Virus record (IMG/VR): IMGVR_UViG_3300031688_001339
Reading direction: 5' to 3' (one strand)
Origin: a virus
Length of the DNA: 64,000 nt
Shown one piece after another: positions 47,939 through 56,296 of this stretch. Both the position numbers and the translations under genes were made by a program. A model generated the notes under the pieces. That model worked only from the letters and a program-made list of their open reading frames with translations, was not told the origin of the DNA and made no database searches. Numbering within the stretch: position 1 is the stretch's first letter; the number at the start of each line of letters is the position of its first letter.

Positions 47939-48551
47939 ATACTGCGTTTTTTGATATTAATGCTTTTGTAGGTTTAAGAGGATCATCATTTGTTAACCAT
48001 CTTGATGATTCTGTTAACATAAAATTTATTCCGTTATTATTTGCCATTTTTTTACAAGTCTCAATATCGTTTTCATTATAACTAAATCTAATACATTGCC
48101 ATACAGGTGTACTTAATAAATGTTTAGTCGCCTCTTTCATTATCTCAAACATCTTAACACCATCTTGATTCTTCCTGTATTTATGACTGTCTTTAGGTAG
48201 ACCATCACAGGCGAATATCCATACTGCTTTAGGATTTGCCTGCCAAGATTTAATATACCATGACATAGGTTTAGCTGTAGCTGCATTATGAACAAATACC
48301 TCTGGCACATCTTTTAGTTGAGACATTATATCATTAAATTTAGGGTGATGTACTGGATCCGATAACTGTCCACAAAATGCAACTTCTTTAAAATGTTTTG
48401 CTATCATGTCTATCTCAACAGCGCTTAGATCACGTCCATGGGGTACCAAACCATAGTTGGTAAACGATGTTTGTCTTTGGCAGTTAGGACATTCTAAAGG
48501 ACATCTATGTGTCACATCTAAATTTAATCTACTATTTTTTTTAAATGACAT
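47922..48551 (-). CDS. radical SAM core-domain protein (split type)
   Basis: HRCPLECPNCQR, FCGQLSDP.HHP, FACDG, YRKN. Confidence 0.88.
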   Translation of the reverse strand: MSFKKNSRLNLDVTHRCPLECPNCQRQTSFTNYGLVPHGRDLSAVEIDMIAKHFKEVAFCGQLSDPVHHPKFNDIMSQLKDVPEVFVHNAATAKPMSWYIKSWQANPKAVWIFACDGLPKDSHKYRKNQDGVKMFEIMKEATKHLLSTPVWQCIRFSYNENDIETCKKMANNNGINFMLTESSRWLTNDDPLKPTKALISKNAVYEIKS

Positions 48552-48934
48552 TACTTTGTATCTTTTTTTAATTCTTTTCCGTCTCTATATGTTGTTTCTA
48601 CCTTTATCTTATCTTCCTTTTCTCTTACCTTACAGTGGTGAATACATACACCATTGATCTTATTAAGATTATCTCCTACGTCTCTAGCTCTAACTAAATC
48701 ATTTTCAAATTCTTTCCATTCTGGTTGATCCATTAATTGTTCAACTGTATCAAAATTTTCAAGTTTACTTACATCATATATCTTTTTAAATCTTTCACTA
48801 TTAGTAACTGCCCTTTCGTCACACCAACAACAAGGTAATATGTAACCTCTATTGTTTATTGCCAATGGCATAGATATGTAATTAGGGTCGTCTGGATTAG
48901 GAAGACAACGAGGTCTTAATTTAATATTCTTCAT
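48551..48934 (-). CDS. stand-alone SPASM/twitch-like Fe-S protein
   Basis: PRC...LAINNRGYILPCCWCD...C.HHC. Confidence 0.7.
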   Translation of the reverse strand: MKNIKLRPRCLPNPDDPNYISMPLAINNRGYILPCCWCDERAVTNSERFKKIYDVSKLENFDTVEQLMDQPEWKEFENDLVRARDVGDNLNKINGVCIHHCKVREKEDKIKVETTYRDGKELKKDTK

Positions 48935-49586
48935 ATTTCCTTCTACCTTCTAATTTATCTTTTAATGTTTGTTTATATTTACCTGTCGGTCTAAATGGAT
49001 CAGGTTTTCCGTCTCTATCTTTCCATCTGGAAGATTGTGTTAGTAGAAAATCTATTCCATTACTATTGGCCATGTTCTTAGCTTCTTCTATATCATTTTC
49101 GTTATAGTTAAATATTATGTATTGCCATATTGGTATTACTTTTAAATGTTTAACAGACTCCTTCATTATCTCAAACATTTTTTCTCCATCTTGGTTTTTT
49201 CTATACTTGTGGCTATCTTTTGGTAAACCATCACACGCAAAAGTCCATAGAGCATTTGGATTTGCTTTCCAAGATTTAATATACCATGCCATAGGTTTTG
49301 CTGTAGAGGCATTGTGTACTAAAACTTCAGGTATTTCAAGATCATGTAGTCTTTGTAGTATTTGAGGAAATTTAGGGTGGTGTATAGGGTCAGATAACTG
49401 ACCACAGAAAGTAAAAGACTTAAAGTGTATTGCTAGTTTTTCTATTTCTATCATTGTCAAGTCACGACCATGAGGTACTTTACCTCTAAATGTAAAAGCA
49501 GTTTGTCTTTGACAATTAGGACATTCAAGAGGACATCTATGGGAAGAGTCTACGTTTATCGTTGTTCTAGTTTTAAAGTATGTCAT
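48921..49586 (-). CDS. radical SAM core-domain protein (split type)
   Basis: HRCPLECPNCQR, FCGQLSDP, WQYIIFNYNE. Confidence 0.88.
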   Translation of the reverse strand: MTYFKTRTTINVDSSHRCPLECPNCQRQTAFTFRGKVPHGRDLTMIEIEKLAIHFKSFTFCGQLSDPIHHPKFPQILQRLHDLEIPEVLVHNASTAKPMAWYIKSWKANPNALWTFACDGLPKDSHKYRKNQDGEKMFEIMKESVKHLKVIPIWQYIIFNYNENDIEEAKNMANSNGIDFLLTQSSRWKDRDGKPDPFRPTGKYKQTLKDKLEGRRKYEEY

Positions 49587-50442
49587 TCATTGCCTTTATA
49601 ATTACTTCTATGTTTGGTCTATTAACTGGATCAGTAAGACAGTTGGCAGGTCTTTTGTAGTAAACAGGTCCTGCGTCTTTAATATTTTTATCTCTTACAT
49701 ATACAAAGTTCATTCCGAAGAAACGACACTCTTGCATTAATCTTGGTGCCGGATCAAATGTATGTTTAGTGTAAACGTAAGTATCAAACATACCTAGTAA
49801 ATTTTTTACAGGTACAAATATGTGATTTAGATTATGATCTATGTACTTATCTTTGTATGCCAATATACCATGATTTTGGTATTTGTGAATATGTTTCTTT
49901 AGTTCAGTGTAATAACTTTCATTTGTACCTAAAAATAGATACTTAAACTTAACATCTTTAACTATAGGTTTATATACACTGTAATTAATAATCTTTTCAA
50001 ATTGTCTACCTATGCCATTAACATATACCTCATGGTCGCATAAGTCAATTACTTTTTCTGGTTTAAAAAATTCTAGTGCTAAAGGATATTCTTTTGGGTG
50101 GTTTTCTGAATATACTGATATAAGAGGTTTCTTAAATAACAAACGTAAAGTTAATTGTGTATCTTTATCATAATCTTTGATACTCTTATATGCTAGAGTT
50201 ATCATACTTCTACCCATAATTAAATTTACATCAGCTTCTTCATAATCAAAATATACATTTTTCATATGTATATATTTTTCTGTTAAAGCTTCAATGTATG
50301 TTTCCTTGGTAAATTTGTAGTGAGGTATAATTATAAGTTTTGCGTTGATACCTAGATCATTTAGATATTGTACTTGTTCAAAGCTATAATGCATTAATCC
50401 GTCACCTGGTTTACTAGTCACCACTATATTCAATCTCATCAT
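49573..50442 (-). CDS. putative GT-B-fold glycosyltransferase-like protein
   Basis: PGDG..HYS.E, FD.YVY, FDPAPR..QEC..FG resembles a GT-B C-terminal motif; weak call. Confidence 0.45.
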   Translation of the reverse strand: MMRLNIVVTSKPGDGLMHYSFEQVQYLNDLGINAKLIIIPHYKFTKETYIEALTEKYIHMKNVYFDYEEADVNLIMGRSMITLAYKSIKDYDKDTQLTLRLLFKKPLISVYSENHPKEYPLALEFFKPEKVIDLCDHEVYVNGIGRQFEKIINYSVYKPIVKDVKFKYLFLGTNESYYTELKKHIHKYQNHGILAYKDKYIDHNLNHIFVPVKNLLGMFDTYVYTKHTFDPAPRLMQECRFFGMNFVYVRDKNIKDAGPVYYKRPANCLTDPVNRPNIEVIIKAMNDIL

Positions 50443-50447
50443 ACGCA

Positions 50448-50468
50448 TATTTATAACACTTATAAATA
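50448..50468. promoter_or_regulatory. back-to-back divergent T4 late promoters
   Basis: TATTTATA 50448-55 (minus-strand TATAAATA) and TATAAATA 50461-68. Confidence 0.75.
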
Positions 50469-50490
50469 ATGGATATAGAATGGAGGTCTA

Positions 50491-50646
50491 ATGACAATAA
50501 AACAAAAACATAAAGACTTAAAGACTAAAGTAATTAAAGCAGAGACAAAAAGAGAATTGAGACGAGGTCCTACAAGTTGGTTTGACCTACGTATGTTAAA
50601 GAAACTAAAATTACAAATGAAAGACAAATTAAAATTATCTAAATGA
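50491..50646 (+). CDS. small basic coiled-coil protein (DUF465/YdcH-like; not in ORF track)
   Basis: SD GGAGG; KHKDLK...LKKLKLQMKDKL; ATGA overlap with next gene. Confidence 0.65.
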   Translation: MTIKQKHKDLKTKVIKAETKRELRRGPTSWFDLRMLKKLKLQMKDKLKLSK

Positions 50647-51098
50647 TTAAATTTCAATATGATTTAGAAAAGATTAAGAAAGAGTTGGAATCTTTACCAG
50701 ATTATAACAAACAGTTATATCTGCAAGGTCACTCTAAAGATATGGATCCTGAAGAAGGAGCTGGCAAAGGTTATGATATAGACAGTAGCGAACACACATA
50801 TACTATTCCATTATTTGATATACCTTACATCAATAGTATAATGGAAGAACATAAACTTACTAGAACAAGATTAATGAGAATGAAACCTAAAGCATGTTAT
50901 CTTTGGCACAACGATTTAACAAAAAGATTACACATACCAATTGTTACAAATGATCATTGTTTTTTATTATTAGACAGTGATAGAATACACATACCAGCGA
51001 CAGGCGAGGCATATGTAATAGATACTACTAAATTTCATACAGCATTAAACTGCTCAAAGGAAAATCGTATTCATATTGTTGGAGGACTACCTTACTAA
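50643..51098 (+). CDS. aspartyl/asparaginyl beta-hydroxylase-like 2OG-Fe(II) oxygenase
   Basis: R.RLM.M.P, WHND..RLHIPI.TN, DTT..HTALN....RIHIV. Confidence 0.8.
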   Translation: MIKFQYDLEKIKKELESLPDYNKQLYLQGHSKDMDPEEGAGKGYDIDSSEHTYTIPLFDIPYINSIMEEHKLTRTRLMRMKPKACYLWHNDLTKRLHIPIVTNDHCFLLLDSDRIHIPATGEAYVIDTTKFHTALNCSKENRIHIVGGLPY

Positions 51099-52384
51099 TG
51101 TTATATGACGCTCTTATAACTTCACTACCAGGAATGGATAAAAGTAAACCTGCACCTGGTCCTTCTTTTTTAAAAGGATATTTAGAGACACAAGGATTTA
51201 AAATCAAAGTTATAGATGGCAATCAGTTAGATACTTTAGATAATATTCATAAAGAAATTGCAAAATATGATTTCAGATGGCTAGGTATATCTGTATTCTC
51301 TTATGAACAAAAAGATGACGCCTTAAAATTAGGTGAAAGATATGAAAATGTATTGTATGGTGGATCAGGTGTAGATATAGCATGGCCATCAAAATATTAT
51401 ATTACAGGAGAAGGAGAGTACGCCTTTGTAGAATTTTTAAATAACAATTTTGATTATCCTGGCATTAACGGAAAACAACCAAAACAAATAGAAGACATAG
51501 AGTCATTACCACCACCTGATTATTCAGACGTAATACAACAACATAACTATCGTAAATTTGTAATATCTGGTTCTAGAGGTTGCGTTAGAAATTGTACCTT
51601 TTGTGATGTTGCAAGTATATGGCCTAAATTTAGATGGAAGACAGGTAAGAAGATAGCAGACGAAATGCACCACGTATCAGAAACTACAGGTGGAAACAAA
51701 ATACATTTTTCAGACTCTTTAGTTAACGGATCAATGAAACACTTTAGGGATTTGTGTGCTGAGTTAGCTACTAGACCTAAAAAGATTAAATGGGAAGGAC
51801 AGTTTATCGTTAGAGCAGAAAAAACTTTCTCTAAACAGGACTTTGATAACTTAGCCAACTCTGGTTGTAATGGTTTAGAAATGGGTATAGAGGCAGGTAA
51901 TGAAGAAGTTAGAGATCATATGAAAAAGAAGTTTACCAATGAAGACATAAAATACTTTGTAACTAATTTAGGTGAACGAAATATTACAATGAAGTTTTTA
52001 CTTATTGTAGGTTATCCTACGGAAACGGAAAAAATGTTTGAAGATACTCTACAACTAATAAGAGACTATGCAAAGTATTCACATTTAATAAGTATATCAC
52101 ACCATGTTATGATGACCTTTAAAAATACACCATTAGACTTTGAACATAGAGAGTTGTTTGATAGTGAGTTTGGTTTTAAATGGAAGAATAAAAATTCAGA
52201 CTTTGATATAAGATTTCAAAGATTTATAAAAGTATATGAGTTAGGCAATGAATTAGGTTATAATTTCCAACAACATTGTATTGATAAGATAGAGAGATAC
52301 AAATCCGACAAACTTAATGAAAAAAGAAAGTCTATAGGATTTGCACACCCTAAAGCAAAGAAAACTTTACACGTTCAAAGTTAA
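51098..52384 (+). CDS. cobalamin (B12)-binding-domain radical SAM protein
   Basis: P..G.S.LKGYL...G..VID N-domain, GG.G, GEGE, PPPDY, SRGCVRNCTFC, DSL.NG, GIE.G, GYPTET. Confidence 0.9.
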   Translation: MLYDALITSLPGMDKSKPAPGPSFLKGYLETQGFKIKVIDGNQLDTLDNIHKEIAKYDFRWLGISVFSYEQKDDALKLGERYENVLYGGSGVDIAWPSKYYITGEGEYAFVEFLNNNFDYPGINGKQPKQIEDIESLPPPDYSDVIQQHNYRKFVISGSRGCVRNCTFCDVASIWPKFRWKTGKKIADEMHHVSETTGGNKIHFSDSLVNGSMKHFRDLCAELATRPKKIKWEGQFIVRAEKTFSKQDFDNLANSGCNGLEMGIEAGNEEVRDHMKKKFTNEDIKYFVTNLGERNITMKFLLIVGYPTETEKMFEDTLQLIRDYAKYSHLISISHHVMMTFKNTPLDFEHRELFDSEFGFKWKNKNSDFDIRFQRFIKVYELGNELGYNFQQHCIDKIERYKSDKLNEKRKSIGFAHPKAKKTLHVQS

Positions 52385-54165
52385 AAGTTCTTTTTTATTC
52401 CAAAGTTAAAGTTTCTACCATCTTGGTTATAACCATCTGGTCTTTCATAGTTTTCATCAAAAGCATTATTAAGTTTAGAGTATATTAAATAATCTCCAAT
52501 ATATTTTGAAACACCAAAGTCTACTGTTGTAACCTCTGATTTAGGAATAGTAGCATAAGTCACACTATCTATATCTAAATGTTCTCCATAATAATTTATA
52601 TTAGATGTTAAATTATAACCTTTGTACTCTGTATAGATACTTGTATTATTAATCCATTTTGGTTTTCTAGTTAAAGATGTTCCGTTACTTCCTTCAGAAA
52701 CTATCCAACTTGTATTATTCTTTATGATAAAATTGTTTATATCATAAGTCAATCCCATTTCAGCACCATGACGAGTAGATGTACCACTAATATTTTTTAT
52801 CGTACTGTCTTGGTAGTTTAAAAGATTTTCTATATCAATTTGAAAAATAGCTATATCAATTGATTTAAGATTAGTTTCTTCAAAATGTTTTTTATATCCT
52901 ATTTCGTAAGATTTACTTTCTTCAGGTTTTGCATTTTCATTACCTGAAAATCCGTAACCACTTGTACCATACATTTCATATAACGTAGGTGCTTTATGAC
53001 CTGTAGATATAGAACCTCTTATGCCGTTATGTTCAAAACCATATCTATGATTAGTAAAACTACCAAATCTTGATTGATCATCATATCTAATACCATAAGT
53101 TAAAAAAGTATCATTAATTAAATAGTCAATTGTTCCACTGTAACCATGTAAGTGACTTTTTTTATTAACACTTGGAACATAAGAACCAATGTTAGTGTTG
53201 AAATTAACATCTGTTATTTCATGGTCAAAGCCTGAAGTAAATGATAGATTGTCATTAACAGATTTTGTATTGTCTACATGAAAAGTTTTTACATTACTTT
53301 CATATAGGTCAGTGTCGCCAGATTTAAGATATGATCTTTTATGATCACTATTATTAAATGTAAAGTGAGTATCTTTATCAAAGTAATTAATTTGTTGGTT
53401 TTTAAAATTCCACTCACTAGTGTAAGCTAAGTTATCAGAACCAGAATTATCTAAACTAGAATCATTTTGTTTGTCTATAAAAATGGTACCTAAAGTATAA
53501 CCATTATCTAAAGTAGTTTCTGTATTAAGAAAGTAACTTCTATTATCATAAGGGTCTTTTTCCGCACCTTGAGGATAAACAGAGATACCATCACTAGTCT
53601 CATCTTCAATTCTAAAGTCTAATATAGTTTTGTGTTCTTCAAGGAATGTTCCTAATTTTATTGTTTTGTTCCATGTGTTATGAGAACCATAATCTAATGA
53701 AATTGAATTTTCATCACTAGCACAGGTTTTCATATTGATAACACCACCAATAGCTTCAGCACCATAAACTGTTCCCATAGGACCTTTTATGATTTCTATA
53801 GCACAAGTGCCTAATGTTCCGTGTTGTCCGATATCATCTGTACCACCGGTAGTTGATCTATCTTTTATTCCGATACCATTTAATGTTATTAATGTATGAT
53901 CTGAATCTGTTCCTCTGGTAAATGTAGAAGACAGTTGATTTTTAGGACCTGAAGTTACAATATTAAGTGAAGTACTTTCATTTAAATTTTCAGGACCAAT
54001 AATGTCATACGAATATGTTTTGTGTTGATGGTCGCTAGCAGTCCTTAATCCATGAATATGGAGGGTGACGACCAAGTTGCCATCATCGTCATAGTATGAT
54101 GGTTTTTCCTCATGTGCTAACGCAACGGTAGAGAAAAGAAGTATTGATAATAGTATTTTATACAT
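52381..54165 (-). CDS. btuB: TonB-dependent outer-membrane receptor, BtuB-like
   Basis: Signal peptide (..STVALA); NLVVTL TonB-box-like; RGTDSDHTLITLNGI; IEIIKGP..YGAEAIGGVIN; KAPTLYE; N...KPE; NNAFDENYERPDGYNQDGR; C-terminal Phe. Confidence 0.85.
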   Translation of the reverse strand: MYKILLSILLFSTVALAHEEKPSYYDDDGNLVVTLHIHGLRTASDHQHKTYSYDIIGPENLNESTSLNIVTSGPKNQLSSTFTRGTDSDHTLITLNGIGIKDRSTTGGTDDIGQHGTLGTCAIEIIKGPMGTVYGAEAIGGVINMKTCASDENSISLDYGSHNTWNKTIKLGTFLEEHKTILDFRIEDETSDGISVYPQGAEKDPYDNRSYFLNTETTLDNGYTLGTIFIDKQNDSSLDNSGSDNLAYTSEWNFKNQQINYFDKDTHFTFNNSDHKRSYLKSGDTDLYESNVKTFHVDNTKSVNDNLSFTSGFDHEITDVNFNTNIGSYVPSVNKKSHLHGYSGTIDYLINDTFLTYGIRYDDQSRFGSFTNHRYGFEHNGIRGSISTGHKAPTLYEMYGTSGYGFSGNENAKPEESKSYEIGYKKHFEETNLKSIDIAIFQIDIENLLNYQDSTIKNISGTSTRHGAEMGLTYDINNFIIKNNTSWIVSEGSNGTSLTRKPKWINNTSIYTEYKGYNLTSNINYYGEHLDIDSVTYATIPKSEVTTVDFGVSKYIGDYLIYSKLNNAFDENYERPDGYNQDGRNFNFGIKKNF

Positions 54166-54518
54166 AGTTTTCCAATTATTACACATATTAAAGTTGAAAC
54201 CAGTAAATTAAAATCAAATGGTATAGCCATAATATACGTTGTTAATAAATCGCCACCTGATTTATACCAGACAGCATAGTTAATAAGAACATGCCATGTC
54301 ATTACACCTACAAAAGTAGCATAGATTTCATTTTTAATAAATTTACTCGCAAGAACGAATAAGCACATACACCCATAAACAGGTATCATTAAAGAATGAA
54401 AGCCGATGAAAATATCCTTTATTAACAGAAAAGTCATTGGTAAAAGATATTGTATATAACGATTATTTGTAAGACTAGGTAATAATATAGCAATAGCAAA
54501 TAAAGGTGTCACATTCAT
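54117..54518 (-). CDS. BtuM/DUF6580-like small membrane transporter (putative B12 S-component)
   Basis: N.TPL.AIA, D..IGFH..M..VY, N.AVW, Y..AIPF; multi-TM; directly upstream of the BtuB-like gene. Confidence 0.65.
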   Translation of the reverse strand: MNVTPLFAIAILLPSLTNNRYIQYLLPMTFLLIKDIFIGFHSLMIPVYGCMCLFVLASKFIKNEIYATFVGVMTWHVLINYAVWYKSGGDLLTTYIMAIPFDFNLLVSTLICVIIGKLCIKYYYQYFFSLPLR

Positions 54519-54526
54519 ATTGTATC

Positions 54527-54576
54527 TATTTATACACTATTTTAAATTAAAAGGCAACCTTGAGGTCATATAAATA
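54527..54576. promoter_or_regulatory. divergent T4 late promoters
   Basis: Minus-strand TATAAATA at 54527-34; plus-strand TATAAATA at 54569-76. Confidence 0.7.
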
Positions 54577-54581
54577 ACTGT

Positions 54582-54923
54582 ATGGCTGGAATAGCAAACT
54601 TAACTATAGACCAAGGGTCTAATTTTACATACGATTTAGAAGTAACTAATAGTGATGGTACAGATTTTGATCTTACTGGATTTACGATGGTTGCTAAAAT
54701 GTCTAAAGGTTATTCCTCTACATATCCTAGAACAGTTTTTACATGTTCAGTATCACAACCAACCGAGGGTGTCGTTACTATAAGTTTAACTGCTGATCAA
54801 ACGAAAGCTTTAAAGGCAGGTCGTCACGTATTTGACGTAGTTGCTACTCATTCGGATAGTACTGTAACTCGTTTACTAGAGGGAATTGTTATTGTAACTC
54901 CCTCTGTAGTTCTTTCTTTTTAA
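54582..54923 (+). CDS. small virion structural/adaptor protein (BppU N-terminal-like)
   Basis: ANL.IDQG..F, DLTG....A.M.K, G.V.ISLTA.QT..LK.GR.V.DV, R.LEG...VTP.V. Confidence 0.75.
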   Translation: MAGIANLTIDQGSNFTYDLEVTNSDGTDFDLTGFTMVAKMSKGYSSTYPRTVFTCSVSQPTEGVVTISLTADQTKALKAGRHVFDVVATHSDSTVTRLLEGIVIVTPSVVLSF

Positions 54924-56296
54924 GATTTAACAGGAGTTTTATTATACTCAAACGTTGCTTTGTTATCGCCTTTTTGTGCTAGACCAAAACCAGCTTTAGT
55001 CATAAATTGAAGTAACATATTCCAATTTAAACCAGATATATCGTCAAAAACCCAAATTGTTTGATCGGCTTTTCTTTCATTGAAGAAAACAGCTTCTTTT
55101 ATTACACTAGCAGTATCGTGAGGACCATCAAAGTGTATCATTTCATATTTGTCTAACATGATTTTATTTTCTTCGTAGATAGGAAAACCATCTTTGAATC
55201 TATTCATAAACTCTGTATCTTCTAAATTAATTAAATGAAACTCTGGATAATATTGAGCAAAGTTACCTAGTGCTTTTTGTCTCATTTTATTATCATAGTT
55301 GAATTTTTTTAAAACACCTTCGGAAGCTGCATAGTCAATATTACCATATGGATCTACACCTAAATGATTAGCTCTAACAGTTGGGTGATAATGTCTGTAT
55401 GCGTCCATAATAGTTTTACTTCCTAAACCTAATCTAACACCAATCTCCATACTTACACCTATAGGATTTCTTAACATTTTTACAGCTGTAGCTAAACTTC
55501 CATACTCTATACTATCGCCAGTGAAAATATCTCCTTCATTTACTTCTAATGAATACTTTCCAGTTACAGGATCAATACCTGGTGCTGTTCTAGCAACATC
55601 TTTAGCAGTTTTATCAAAAGGTTCTTCAACTGTCATAGTACCTGTCATTGGTGTCATTGGTGCCTGCTCTACAGCAAACATATCAACACCTTTATTAATT
55701 TGACCTACTGTGAAAGTACTATCACCTGTATGATCACAACGTATTGTTGTATCTGCCCATAATTCAAAACCTAGATTGCCTGCTTTTCTACAGAAATCAA
55801 CATCTTCGGATATTGTATTAGAATGATCAAGTGCTGAGTGATAAGTGAATTGAGGATAACCTACATCTTTTAAAACTTTTCCTTTTATAAGAACACAACC
55901 TAAACCACAAGCTGCAATTTTTATAAACGGAGTATCTTTACATTCTTCAAAAGTTATACGTTCATTTCCACCACCCTCTGGTCTTTTTTTATAAATTTCT
56001 AGTTTATGAGTGCCTTGTATTCTTTGAATATAAAGACCTGATACCATATCTTTGTCATGTTTGATCATTTTCTCTAACGTATCTGAAGCAAAAGATATAT
56101 CACTATCTACAGAAAACAAATAATCATAATGTTGACCCCATTCAGCAATTAAATTTCTTATTTGATCTACTTGATAACCAAAAAAGAATTGAAATTCAGT
56201 TGTATATCCTTCTGGTACTTTTAAATCATAAATTGCTTTGAACGTTGATGGTTCAATAAACTTGTTTGTTGGTATTGCTATCAGTATTTTTTTCAT
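54920..56296 (-). CDS. glycosyltransferase family 2-like domain fused to a class I methyltransferase
   Basis: N-domain: RN, LFSVDSD, GLGCVLI, SEDVDFC. C-domain: EIGVRLG, GVDPY, IHFDGPH, FDD. Confidence 0.85.
   Translation of the reverse strand: MKKILIAIPTNKFIEPSTFKAIYDLKVPEGYTTEFQFFFGYQVDQIRNLIAEWGQHYDYLFSVDSDISFASDTLEKMIKHDKDMVSGLYIQRIQGTHKLEIYKKRPEGGGNERITFEECKDTPFIKIAACGLGCVLIKGKVLKDVGYPQFTYHSALDHSNTISEDVDFCRKAGNLGFELWADTTIRCDHTGDSTFTVGQINKGVDMFAVEQAPMTPMTGTMTVEEPFDKTAKDVARTAPGIDPVTGKYSLEVNEGDIFTGDSIEYGSLATAVKMLRNPIGVSMEIGVRLGLGSKTIMDAYRHYHPTVRANHLGVDPYGNIDYAASEGVLKKFNYDNKMRQKALGNFAQYYPEFHLINLEDTEFMNRFKDGFPIYEENKIMLDKYEMIHFDGPHDTASVIKEAVFFNERKADQTIWVFDDISGLNWNMLLQFMTKAGFGLAQKGDNKATFEYNKTPVKS

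Noticed and set aside
50460-50657. 65-aa minus-strand ORF in the track
   Set aside because: The plus-strand ORF 50491-50646 has an SD, a late promoter and ATGA coupling, and is the better call.
54519-54581. Cobalamin riboswitch upstream of the btuM/btuB-like genes
   Set aside because: Only ~60 AT-rich nt, occupied by two promoters; no B12-box sequence is visible.
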